Source: an uncultured Nanoarchaeota archaeon (GTDB lineage: Archaea; Nanobdellota; Nanobdellia; Pacearchaeales; GW2011-AR1). From it: a stretch of 52,757 nt of DNA. The notes beneath the pieces were generated by a model, which saw only the letters and a program-made list of their open reading frames with translations, made no database searches and was not told the DNA's origin. This document shows, piece after piece, positions 33,790 to 43,306 of this stretch. Positions within the stretch are counted from its first letter, which is position 1; the number at the start of each line of letters is the position of its first letter. The position numbers were made by a program, and so were the translations under genes. The DNA is taken from positions 1-52,757 of the forward strand of contig CAVZZS010000007.1 of the NCBI GenBank assembly GCA_963779925.1, in the 5' to 3' direction.

Positions 33790-34293
33790 TTACTTGCCTT
33801 TCTTGAATACGCTAACTAAATCAAAGAATGATTTTTTTTCAAAGTCGATTATTTTATTTGTCTTTAATTCTATGTTAACTTTTATCAAACCAAACATGGA
33901 AATGAAAACTGTTCCAGTTAGATAATCTTTATCTTCTAATTTTTGAAGTGAAAATATCAATTTTTGGATCCTGTTGGTTATTCCATGAGCTTTCATTTTT
34001 TCAATAATTTGTTTTTCAATTTCATCAAAATCAATATCAAAATCAAGCGAAATTTTTTCAGGAACTTTCTTTTCTAATAAATCTATAATAGTCATTTTAA
34101 TATTCTGTTCCATCTGGAAACTTGCCATACTTTCTTTTGAAGGGACAAAGAAATCTAAATGTTGCTTATTATCGCTTCCTTCTTTATCAATTGTAAAAAA
34201 TCCAGAACATAAAAATGCATCCGGGTTTTCTTTCATAAATTTTTTATAATTGCTATTTTCCTGAAGTTGTCGCAGATAATACTTGAAATTCAT
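33790..34293 (-). CDS. hypothetical protein (167 aa), two similar half-domains
   Basis: 4-nt overlap with the thrS stop (operon). Internal duplication suggested by FLCSGFFTIDKEG / YLTGTVFISMFGL. Confidence 0.5.
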   Translation of the reverse strand: MNFKYYLRQLQENSNYKKFMKENPDAFLCSGFFTIDKEGSDNKQHLDFFVPSKESMASFQMEQNIKMTIIDLLEKKVPEKISLDFDIDFDEIEKQIIEKMKAHGITNRIQKLIFSLQKLEDKDYLTGTVFISMFGLIKVNIELKTNKIIDFEKKSFFDLVSVFKKGK

Positions 34294-35990
34294 TTTCTTT
34301 CTCTAATCTCTTTGCTTAATTCTTCTATGAAACTTTCTAATCTTGATGATCTTATCTTGCTATTTCCTTTTTCTCTTATTGCGATAGAATTGTCTTTTTC
34401 TTCTTTGTCTCCAATAACAATGATATAAGGAATTCTCATTATTTCTGCTTCTTTGACTTTTGCAGGCACAGTTGTCTGCCTGAAATCTGCATCAAGCCTT
34501 ATGTTTGGAATCCTTTTTCCAATTTCTTCAACAACTTTCTTTGCATACTTTTCATTTCTATCTGTAAATGAGATTATTCTTACTTGCATTGGAGCAAGCC
34601 AAGTAGGTAAACGACCATTTGTATGCTCAAGATATATTCCTATGAATCTTTCTAAGCTCCCGTAAATTACCCTATGCAACATAACAGGACGTTTTCTACT
34701 ATTGTCGCTATCAACATATTCAAGTTCAAATCTTTCCGGCATTGAAAAATCAAGTTGAATTGTTGAAAGTTGCCATGTTCTTCCAAGAGAATCTTTGACA
34801 TGGAAATCAATCTTTGGCCCATAGAAAGCGCCATCTCCTTTATTGATTTTATATCTAAATTTTTTCTTTTTCAAGGAGTCTTCTAATAGCTTTTCAGCTT
34901 TATCCCACATTTCATTTGTTCCAATTCTCTTTTCGGGACGTGTTGAAAGTTCAATATGATCGAATTCTAATTTGAATTTTTTATAGAATATATCAATCAA
35001 ATCCATTATTGCGAAGATTTCTTTTTCTATTTGTGCTTCTGTGCAGAAGATATGTGCATCATCTTGGGTGAATTGTATAACTCTGAATAAACCCGCCAAA
35101 ACACCAGAAAGTTCAACTCTGTGAACAATCCCCATTTCTCCAACCCTTAATGGCAATTCTTTATAGGATTTTGGCCTATTTTTGTAAACCAGCATTCCTC
35201 CCGGGCAATTCATGGGTTTTACCAGAAATTTTCTTTTTTCATATTCTGTCGTGAAATTATTATCCTTGTATTTTTCCCAATGTCCCGAAATCTGCCAAAG
35301 CTTTTTATCCATAATTTGAGGAGTTGAAATTTCCTGATATCCAGAATTTTTATGGACTTCCCTCCAGAAATTTATCAATTCATTTCTTATTATCAAACCA
35401 TTATTGTGCCAGAAGACCATTCCAGGAGCTACTTCCGAAAAGGAAAACAAATCCATTTCATTTCCAATTATCCTATGGTCATTTTCTTTTAATTTAGAAG
35501 TATCAAGTTTTGATTTTGAAATCTCTCTTAAAAGTTGCTTTGGATCATACTCTTCAGATCTTTCTTTTCCCTGAAATTTGATTTCCCTTGATAATTCTGA
35601 TAAAGGATGCCCTTTCACTTTCAATTCAAATTCCTTGTAGTAGCCAAAAGGAGCTCTTACAACTTCAAACTTCTTTTTTTTGAGTTCTTTTTCGGCTTCT
35701 TCAAGAATTTTTATTGCTAATTCGGGATTCCCGAGATTTGAAGATAAGTGTGCATAGGGATATAGAACAATCTTTTTGTCATTAACTTGACTTGATATAT
35801 CCTCTATATTCTTTACGAGCTCTTTTACAGAGCCCATAGTGTCTGTTTTTTCAATAGCAGTAAGAATTACAAGCGGTTCCTTTACAATCTGCTCTTTTTT
35901 CCTTTCTTCGCTAAGCTCTTCCGGATTTTTCAGAGCCTTTTTTAGGGGCTTAAATTTTATATAATCACAGTGCAAACTTAGAATCTTCAT
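34290..35990 (-). CDS. thrS: threonyl-tRNA synthetase (archaeal type with N-terminal editing domain)
   Basis: MKILSLHCDYIKFKP archaeal editing-domain start. Class II core HRVELSGVLAGLFRVIQFTQDDAHIF. Anticodon-binding C-terminus. Confidence 0.92.
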   Translation of the reverse strand: MKILSLHCDYIKFKPLKKALKNPEELSEERKKEQIVKEPLVILTAIEKTDTMGSVKELVKNIEDISSQVNDKKIVLYPYAHLSSNLGNPELAIKILEEAEKELKKKKFEVVRAPFGYYKEFELKVKGHPLSELSREIKFQGKERSEEYDPKQLLREISKSKLDTSKLKENDHRIIGNEMDLFSFSEVAPGMVFWHNNGLIIRNELINFWREVHKNSGYQEISTPQIMDKKLWQISGHWEKYKDNNFTTEYEKRKFLVKPMNCPGGMLVYKNRPKSYKELPLRVGEMGIVHRVELSGVLAGLFRVIQFTQDDAHIFCTEAQIEKEIFAIMDLIDIFYKKFKLEFDHIELSTRPEKRIGTNEMWDKAEKLLEDSLKKKKFRYKINKGDGAFYGPKIDFHVKDSLGRTWQLSTIQLDFSMPERFELEYVDSDNSRKRPVMLHRVIYGSLERFIGIYLEHTNGRLPTWLAPMQVRIISFTDRNEKYAKKVVEEIGKRIPNIRLDADFRQTTVPAKVKEAEIMRIPYIIVIGDKEEKDNSIAIREKGNSKIRSSRLESFIEELSKEIRERK

Positions 35991-36039
35991 CTTGGAATTT
36001 AGAGATAGAAGAAGTTTATAAAATTAATTAAGAAGGAGA

Positions 36040-37155
36040 TTAATCTTTCAGCAAAAACTTCTCAATTTGTTTCTTTGCTTCCGCTTTTTTCTTTTTATGC
36101 TCTTCCAGAAAATCATTGATTCTGCTAATTAAAATCTCCTTAAGCTCAGAGGTTAGAAGTTCCCCTGATTTATAATCGTCATATATCTTTCGTAATTTTT
36201 TATCATCTGGTTCAAAAAACATTTTTAGATATTGGAATGAAACATCAATATCTGGGTCTCCCCCTAACTTTCTATGCTCTTCTATGCTTTTTTGCCCTCC
36301 CGAGAAGGCATATTTCTTTATTTTCTGTTCGACTGTTTTTTTGTCATCATCTAAAAAGATCACACTTAGCCCTGAGCTTGATGAAGACATTTTTATTTCA
36401 CCATAAAGAGAAGGCATAAATTTTGCATGAATCGCAGCAGGTTTTTCGAAATCAAACTGCTCTGCTATATCTCGGGTCAATCTTATGAAGGGATCTTGAT
36501 CTATTGCAACAGGAACAAGAGTCATTTGCTTTCCCTTATAAAATTGAGGAAATAATATGTGTGCTGCTTGCATTGCAGGATAAAAGCTCCAACCGATATT
36601 ATTTTCTGGCTTTAGGCCAAATGCCGCCTTTGCAGTTGAATAAGTTATTTTTTTTGCGACTTGCGCGGCATATCCATAAATCTTTGTGTAAGCAAAATCC
36701 TGAAATATGAATGTCTTGCCCGGCTTGAATCCTAATGCAATCAAATCAAGAATATTGTCCTCAGCATATTCAAAGCTTTTTTCATAGCTCAGACCTTCTT
36801 TTACAAAAAATTTCTCATCATCTGAAATCGGGATATAAACATCACAATCAAAAGTATCTTGAAGTGATTTTACAATTAAAAAAGGAACAAGATGTCCGAG
36901 ATGCATCCTTTCACTTGGACCTCTTCCAGTCAAAACAGAAACCTTATGGCCTTTCTTTGCTTCCGAAATCCATTTTTCAATATCTCTGTGCGCAAAATAG
37001 ATGTCTCTTTTTATTAGCGGATGGATATCTCCAATTGATTTCTTAATTTTTTCATCGATTTTACTGACGCCAAAATCTTTTATTAATCGATCATAATTTA
37101 TTTGCCCAGAAACTTCCCAAGGAGTAATGTGAAGCGTCTCTCTCTTTTTCCTCAT
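36040..37155 (-). CDS. trpS: tryptophanyl-tRNA synthetase (archaeal/eukaryal type)
   Basis: TGRGPSERMHLGHLVPF (HIGH region) and KMSSS. N-terminal PWEVSGQINYDRLIKDFG. Confidence 0.88.
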   Translation of the reverse strand: MRKKRETLHITPWEVSGQINYDRLIKDFGVSKIDEKIKKSIGDIHPLIKRDIYFAHRDIEKWISEAKKGHKVSVLTGRGPSERMHLGHLVPFLIVKSLQDTFDCDVYIPISDDEKFFVKEGLSYEKSFEYAEDNILDLIALGFKPGKTFIFQDFAYTKIYGYAAQVAKKITYSTAKAAFGLKPENNIGWSFYPAMQAAHILFPQFYKGKQMTLVPVAIDQDPFIRLTRDIAEQFDFEKPAAIHAKFMPSLYGEIKMSSSSSGLSVIFLDDDKKTVEQKIKKYAFSGGQKSIEEHRKLGGDPDIDVSFQYLKMFFEPDDKKLRKIYDDYKSGELLTSELKEILISRINDFLEEHKKKKAEAKKQIEKFLLKD

Positions 37156-37236
37156 TCCAATCTAAGATTGAATTTCTTTTTAAATATTATCTACTAAATA
37201 TTTATAAATATAAAATGGTATATAAAGAAGATAAAA

Positions 37237-39288
37237 ATGAGGAAGATAAATCTTAATTTAATAATAATTTTAGCATTTGTTTTTATGATTTCTTTTGTTT
37301 CCGCAGATTCCATGCTTCAGTGGAACTCGCAACCAAATATGCTATACAATCTAGGAGATGTTGTAAGCACTTCTGCAACTGTTAGCGGTACAAATTTTTC
37401 AGCTTTTTTAATTTGTAATGATATTGTTCAGAATACGCAATTTCCAACTTTCAATAACCTGCTTTTAACCAATTTTACTGTTCCACTTCAGTTCAGAGTG
37501 ACTCCTAATAGTGTCGGGGGATATACTGGAGCATGCCAAATAAGAGGGATTTTGGATGGCGCTACTTTTTATACTTCTCAATTTCAGATTTCAAATGCAG
37601 TAAATGTTACTGTTTCTTCATCTGAAAAAGAATTTCAACCAGGGAATCAAATTTCTCTTTCTGGAACTGCAATAAAGCAAAATGGTCAGAATATCAACGG
37701 AGTCACCAATATTAACATCAGTTTTGGAAATGGTTCTATTTATCAGAATTCAGCTCCGGTAAATAATGGAAATTTTTATTTCAATATTACTCTGCCACAG
37801 AATGCTGCAGCAGGCCAATATTTAGTAGATATAATCGCTTCTGAATTAGACTCTTCTAATCAAATTACAAATACAGGATATACCTCCTTCAATATTCTTA
37901 TTGATCAAGTACCAACAAGTTTGAATCTTGTACCTCAAAGCGATCAGAGTATCATGCCGGGACAAACTTATAGTATTAAAGCGATTTTGTATGATCAAAC
38001 AGGAGAAAAAATAGATTCTGCAGTTAATTTTACAATAAAGAATAGTCAAGGTGAAGTCATGGATCAGGAGACTACTCGTACTGATTCTGTTTTGGATGTG
38101 CCAATTAGTTATAATGATCTTCCTAACTCTTGGAGCATTTCTGCAACTTCAATGGGTTTAAATTCTCAGTCAAATTTTATCGTGTTAAAAAATGCGACTG
38201 TTTCTGCTACTTTAACTAATAGAACGCTTTTAGTTACTAATATTGGTAATGTCCCCTACAACAATCAGATTTTGGTAAAACTTGGTAATCAATCTGTTTT
38301 GTTTAATGTTTCTTTAGATGTCGGGCAAAGCCAAAAATATATTTTGAGTGCTCCAAATGGAGATTATTCTATTGAAGTTTTAAACTCTGAAGGTAATAAT
38401 TTATTTAATGGAGACGTCTCCTTAACAGGAGAAGCTGTTAATGTTCAACAAGCTTCAAAAAATGTTTTGAGTTTTCTTCAATATCCTTGGGTTTGGGTAG
38501 TTGTTCTGCTAATTTTGGTTTTTGTAATATTCTTCTTATTCAGAAGGTCACATAAAAAGAGATTCTCGAAAAGAATAGATTTGAACAGGAAGTTTAGACT
38601 TAAAGATGGCATTGTAGTTTCTGGTAGAAATAATGTTGCTTCTTCAAGAGATAGAATGGTAAAGAGCCGAAATGTTGCGGATTTTTCACCTTCAATACAA
38701 GGCGAGAAGCAGAGTTCAAGTATAGTCTGTATTAATATTAAGAATTTCGAAGAAGTCAGATCTGGGAAAGGAGGAATAATGGAAACAATGAACAGATTAA
38801 AGTATATAGCTGATGAATCAAAGGCAGTTGTATATGAAAATGGCAGTTATTTCTTCTTCATTTTTGCTCCGGTAAGAACAAAGACATTGAATAATGAATT
38901 GGTAGCTATAGAGAATGCAGAACAGATAAAAAGAATTTTGGACGATCACAATAGATTGTTAAAACAAAAGATAGATTTTGGAATCTCTATAAATTATGGT
39001 ATGATTATTGCGAAACAAGGAATAAATGGGCTGAAGTTCATGAGTCTTGGGAATTTGATTTCAATTGCAAAGAAATTAGCTTCTCTATCTAAAGGTGAAA
39101 TTGTATTGAGCAAAGAAGTAAGAAACAGAGTTGCAACAGATGTTAAAACAGACAAGCAATCAAGTGGAGATTTGGAATTTTACCCTTTGATTGAAGTTAG
39201 AAACAGAGAAAAAAGCCAGAGATTTATAAAAGAGTTTATGAGCAAGATGGAGAAAGAAGAACAAGAAAGCAATAAGAAATTTTTCTAA
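37237..39288 (+). CDS. single-pass surface protein: signal peptide, beta-rich ectodomain, TM, cytoplasmic cyclase-homology-like domain (683 aa)
   Basis: Signal peptide/anchor LIIILAFVFMISFVSA, many N-x-S/T sequons, TM WVWVVVLLILVFVIFFLF. C-terminal IVCINIKNF...NGSYFFFIFAP...FGISINYGMIIA...GNLISIAKKLASLSKGEIVLS follows the class III cyclase layout with altered catalytic residues. Confidence 0.7.
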   Translation: MRKINLNLIIILAFVFMISFVSADSMLQWNSQPNMLYNLGDVVSTSATVSGTNFSAFLICNDIVQNTQFPTFNNLLLTNFTVPLQFRVTPNSVGGYTGACQIRGILDGATFYTSQFQISNAVNVTVSSSEKEFQPGNQISLSGTAIKQNGQNINGVTNINISFGNGSIYQNSAPVNNGNFYFNITLPQNAAAGQYLVDIIASELDSSNQITNTGYTSFNILIDQVPTSLNLVPQSDQSIMPGQTYSIKAILYDQTGEKIDSAVNFTIKNSQGEVMDQETTRTDSVLDVPISYNDLPNSWSISATSMGLNSQSNFIVLKNATVSATLTNRTLLVTNIGNVPYNNQILVKLGNQSVLFNVSLDVGQSQKYILSAPNGDYSIEVLNSEGNNLFNGDVSLTGEAVNVQQASKNVLSFLQYPWVWVVVLLILVFVIFFLFRRSHKKRFSKRIDLNRKFRLKDGIVVSGRNNVASSRDRMVKSRNVADFSPSIQGEKQSSSIVCINIKNFEEVRSGKGGIMETMNRLKYIADESKAVVYENGSYFFFIFAPVRTKTLNNELVAIENAEQIKRILDDHNRLLKQKIDFGISINYGMIIAKQGINGLKFMSLGNLISIAKKLASLSKGEIVLSKEVRNRVATDVKTDKQSSGDLEFYPLIEVRNREKSQRFIKEFMSKMEKEEQESNKKFF

Positions 39289-40922
39289 TTATTCAAAATT
39301 TCATCAAAATCAATTTCTAATAATGCGACAGGCATTCTTATTTTCCAATTCCTTAAAATTCTAGGATGAACTTCTCCTATAAACCCAATCTTTTTATTTT
39401 TTAGAAATACTTCTGCAACTCTTCCTTGAATAAAGTAACTAGGACATTCTTTTGGCTCTTCAAGTTTAATTTCCAAATTTTGCATTTTGAATAGATAATT
39501 CAAGATTTGTTTTATCTCCGTGAAATTTCCCGGGGATATAGCTAAACTCAAATTTTCCTTCTCACAAGGGTAATTGTCCTTTAGAAAAAATACTTTTCCA
39601 ATTTCAAATATTCTCTGGGGGAATTCATTATTTACGTTCTCTGAAAATATCTTCAAAAGATAATGGGTTAAATTGTTTCTTAGAATATTATAATCTGTTT
39701 TTGAATTCTCTATTCCGATGTATCCAGATTCTTCTTTTAATCCCATCTTTTCATATTGATCTTTTATAGTGGTTAGATGATAATTAGATACTTCAAGTAT
39801 ATTCAAGCCGGTTAAGATTTCTGAAACTTTTCTTTTTATAGTCTCTTTTGGACTTTCCTGCCCGATAGTTGAGATTTCAGGAATTTCTGGGATAAATTTA
39901 TCATAGCCATAGGCAATTGCTATGTCTTCTATAATATCGACTTCATGAAGAATATCTATTCTCCAAGGAGGAATTTCAACAATATTTTTATTGCAGTCAA
40001 ATCCCATTTTTTCGAGCAATTTCTTTATATCTTTTTCTTTTAAATCTAATCCTAAAATTTTGTTAACCCTTTCAGGATTAATCTGAATTTTTTCGGCTTC
40101 AAAATTTGGCGTAATCTTTTTCTCTCTGCCATATTCTACTTCGATTTCAAATATCTCTCCGCCCATATCTGCCAAAACAGAAACTAGAATATTCAAGCAT
40201 TTATTCAAAACGTCTAAATTAAATCCGGAGCATTCTACAAACATGTCTCTAGTTTTTTCTGTTATTCTACCCGTGTCATGTGAATTAATTACTGGCGGCA
40301 TACTCAGTATTTTATCTTCATAATCTATGAAAACAGGAAATTTCGCCTTTCCTGCAAGCAAATGTGCATATTCTTTCCCGGCCTGATGCCGCTGCAATAT
40401 TTCAAGTCCGGACATTTCTTTTTCAGAATCCAGGGGCCTGAACTTTATTTTGTCTGGTTCAAGAGCCTTAAACGTAATCGGGAATTTTATTTTTTCTACA
40501 GGATATATGCCAATTGCAAGTTTTTTCCTTTTTCTTCCAAGAGTTGTATGCAATTTCTCCTGAATTTCAATTAATTCTTTTATCCTCTCAGAATCTAGTT
40601 TAACTCCTTTTATAACAGCACAAGCAGTATATGGGCGTATCTCTTTTAGAGAATTGTCTACAATTACCTTGTAATCTTCTTTTGATTTAGAAATTTTATA
40701 CTTTCTCATTCCTGCATTCTTTTCGAGAAATGTCAACAAAGCTCTTTTGAATCCATGATAAGACAGCAGGTCTGGACGATTCGGAAATACCTCGATTTGA
40801 AGTTCTTCTTTTGTTAGTTTTTCTATTGGAGTTCCAAGAAGGGCTATTTTCTCTTCCATTTTCTCATCTATCTTTCCTATTTCTTTTTCAAACTGGTTTC
40901 TATTTATTGAGACTATTGCCAT
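39285..40922 (-). CDS. pheT: phenylalanyl-tRNA synthetase beta subunit (archaeal type)
   Basis: N-terminal B3/4-type region ...EVFPNRPDLLSYHGFKRAL. 545 aa. One nt after the HIT gene stop. Confidence 0.9.
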   Translation of the reverse strand: MAIVSINRNQFEKEIGKIDEKMEEKIALLGTPIEKLTKEELQIEVFPNRPDLLSYHGFKRALLTFLEKNAGMRKYKISKSKEDYKVIVDNSLKEIRPYTACAVIKGVKLDSERIKELIEIQEKLHTTLGRKRKKLAIGIYPVEKIKFPITFKALEPDKIKFRPLDSEKEMSGLEILQRHQAGKEYAHLLAGKAKFPVFIDYEDKILSMPPVINSHDTGRITEKTRDMFVECSGFNLDVLNKCLNILVSVLADMGGEIFEIEVEYGREKKITPNFEAEKIQINPERVNKILGLDLKEKDIKKLLEKMGFDCNKNIVEIPPWRIDILHEVDIIEDIAIAYGYDKFIPEIPEISTIGQESPKETIKRKVSEILTGLNILEVSNYHLTTIKDQYEKMGLKEESGYIGIENSKTDYNILRNNLTHYLLKIFSENVNNEFPQRIFEIGKVFFLKDNYPCEKENLSLAISPGNFTEIKQILNYLFKMQNLEIKLEEPKECPSYFIQGRVAEVFLKNKKIGFIGEVHPRILRNWKIRMPVALLEIDFDEILNN

Positions 40923-40923
40923 T

Positions 40924-41310
40924 TTATTTTCTTAATCTTTCAGCCAATTTATTTAATTCCTCTTTGCTGGAGGGTTTTGCCCTTTCCGGATTTAGATCAT
41001 TTCCTTTTTCTACAGGAACGAGATGAACATGAATGTGGGGGACTCCAAATCCCTCTATTGCCATTCCTATTCTTTTTGAATTTAATTTTAATTTTAATGT
41101 TTTGGCCATCGCTTTTGCTTTTAACATTAATATATTGTATTCTTTATCATTTAAATCAAAGAGATAATCTGAATGTTTTTTAGGAATTAATAATACATGT
41201 CCCGGATTTATTGGATTAACATCTAAGAAGGCTAAATGATCTTTATCCTCCCAGATTTTTACAGCAGGAATTTCTCCTTTGATAATTTTACAAAATATAC
41301 AATTTTCCAT
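40924..41310 (-). CDS. HIT-family (Hint-like) nucleotide hydrolase
   Basis: CIFCKII N-terminus and histidine triad HVHVHLVP. Confidence 0.9.
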   Translation of the reverse strand: MENCIFCKIIKGEIPAVKIWEDKDHLAFLDVNPINPGHVLLIPKKHSDYLFDLNDKEYNILMLKAKAMAKTLKLKLNSKRIGMAIEGFGVPHIHVHLVPVEKGNDLNPERAKPSSKEELNKLAERLRK

Positions 41311-42828
41311 TTATGTTTTCATCCAGAATTTTATTTTTCTTAGCATGTTCAAATCATTTTTGTATACTTCTCTTAAGTCTTTTATCTCATAATAACTCAT
41401 TATCATTCTGTCGAATCCTGGACCCCAGGCTAAGACGGGAATATCTTCTCCTAATAATGGAATTGTTACCTCTGGTCTGAACATTCCGGCTCCTCCGAGT
41501 TCAAGCCATATTTTTCTCTCAGGATGCCAAACATCTATCTCAACACTTGGTTCTGTATAAGGAAAATAACTCGGCCTGAACCTTATTTTTTCAAAGCCCA
41601 TTTTCTCGAAGAATTGCTTGAGATATCCCAGAAGATGTCTGAAATTAGCATTTTTGTCGGCTACAATACCCTCTGTTTGATTAAACTCAAATCCGTGGCT
41701 CCAGTCTACAGTTTCATTTCGGAAGCATTTTCCAAGCGCATAGAATTTTTGTGGCAGTTCACCTATTTTTAATTTTGAGAGCGTTTGTGCAGACAAACTT
41801 GTTGTATGGGTTCGCAAAACAGATTTCCTTGCTTCCTCCTCACTCCATTGATATTGCCACCCTTTACTTTTATCCACCCCCTTTTCATGACTCTCTTTTA
41901 TTCTTTTGACTAATTCTTTTTCGGGAAGAGCGGATTTTTTATTTATGAAAAATGTATCTGCTAATTCCCGTGCAGGATGGTCTTGTGGCTGAAAGAGTGC
42001 ATCAAAATTCCAAAATGAACTTACAATCATATTCCCAGTCATCTCTTTGAAACCCATATCTGTCCATGCTCTTCTTGCATAATCTGCGGCTTGATTTACA
42101 AAATGTCTTTTCCCGCCGTTAATACTCGGTACAGAGGATAAAATATCATAAGTCCTAAACTTTTTACCTTTCCATAATTTTTCAGATTTTATAATATCGG
42201 GCGTTAACTGCTCAATTAAACTCTCGGATTTTATTCTAGAATTCATTAATGTTTTCCCTTTTTCCGTGACTTTTATCTTGATATGATTCTCCTCTGTAAT
42301 CTTTATTATATTACGTCTTTTCTGCAATTCTTTGAAAGTTTCACCTTCTTCTTTTGGTAGAGAATCTAAACCAAGAGGCATAGTCTCTATAAATATTTCT
42401 TCTGGCATTTTTCGTGCAATCTCGTGGCCTCCTAGACTGAGAATAATTCTCCCGTTCTTTATGTCAATTAAAGATTTTTTCTTCAGACTTCCTATTGAAG
42501 CACGAAATTCATCTTCAGATAATTTGCTTTGTTTTAGCGCGTCATCAAGCGTAATAATCCTCTTTTCTTCTAAAAGATTCAATAATCTTCTTTCAGGAAG
42601 ACCTTTCCTTTTGTATAATATGCCATTAACCCCCAAATCGATGGTTTTTTCTTTATTATAAGAGAGATCTACGATATCTTTATTTTTAAGAAACTCAAGA
42701 GCCCGTATAACTGAGGTTTTATCTAAATTTGACTTTTTGCAAATTGAAACCAGATCTTTTTCTTCAATATAGGGCAGAATTTTAAGTTCATTTGGGCTTA
42801 AAGACTGCAAAATTCTTTTCACATCCAT
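41311..42828 (-). CDS. pheS: phenylalanyl-tRNA synthetase alpha subunit (archaeal type)
   Basis: N-terminal wH repeats. Class II motifs FRNETVDWSHGFEFNQTEG, GGAGMFRPEV and WGPGFDRM. Confidence 0.92.
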   Translation of the reverse strand: MDVKRILQSLSPNELKILPYIEEKDLVSICKKSNLDKTSVIRALEFLKNKDIVDLSYNKEKTIDLGVNGILYKRKGLPERRLLNLLEEKRIITLDDALKQSKLSEDEFRASIGSLKKKSLIDIKNGRIILSLGGHEIARKMPEEIFIETMPLGLDSLPKEEGETFKELQKRRNIIKITEENHIKIKVTEKGKTLMNSRIKSESLIEQLTPDIIKSEKLWKGKKFRTYDILSSVPSINGGKRHFVNQAADYARRAWTDMGFKEMTGNMIVSSFWNFDALFQPQDHPARELADTFFINKKSALPEKELVKRIKESHEKGVDKSKGWQYQWSEEEARKSVLRTHTTSLSAQTLSKLKIGELPQKFYALGKCFRNETVDWSHGFEFNQTEGIVADKNANFRHLLGYLKQFFEKMGFEKIRFRPSYFPYTEPSVEIDVWHPERKIWLELGGAGMFRPEVTIPLLGEDIPVLAWGPGFDRMIMSYYEIKDLREVYKNDLNMLRKIKFWMKT

Positions 42829-42853
42829 CTTGAATGTTAAAAAGGTTATTATT

Positions 42854-43306
42854 TTATAAATCTTTTATTGCCTGTGTAGACATTCCAAGACTTGAACCAA
42901 GAGCCTTCAAATCATAAATATCTCTTTTATTTTTTTCATTCAAAACAATAAATTTAATTTTCAGTTTTTCTTTATTGCAGAGTTTTATATTCTGTTCTAC
43001 TCTTGATAATATTTCTGTTTTTTCTTTTCCTTTACATTCTATTAGTTCATCAAAACAGATACCAATTATTATATTTTTCTTTTTTGCAATTTTTGACATT
43101 ACTGAGTTTAACCCTGAATTTCTCTGTTTTTGCCTATCTTTTCTTCCTCTCTGCTTGATCAATAATATACCTATAGTCTCTTTTTCAATTATTTTTCTGC
43201 TTATTTCATCATCACTGCTAGAAAATATTATTTCCGCATCTTTACTTTCTCTTATCTTTTTTCGCGCTTTATCAAAATTAGTCTCTTCTATAAAAACAGA
43301 ATTCAT
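42854..43306 (-). CDS. possible minimal RNase P protein subunit Rpp30/Rnp3-like (150 aa)
   Basis: IIIGICFDELI...ILSRVEQNIKLCNKEKLKIKFI...RDIYDLKALGSSLGMS resembles the C-terminal half of archaeal Rpp30. Weak by-eye call. Confidence 0.4.
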   Translation of the reverse strand: MNSVFIEETNFDKARKKIRESKDAEIIFSSSDDEISRKIIEKETIGILLIKQRGRKDRQKQRNSGLNSVMSKIAKKKNIIIGICFDELIECKGKEKTEILSRVEQNIKLCNKEKLKIKFIVLNEKNKRDIYDLKALGSSLGMSTQAIKDL

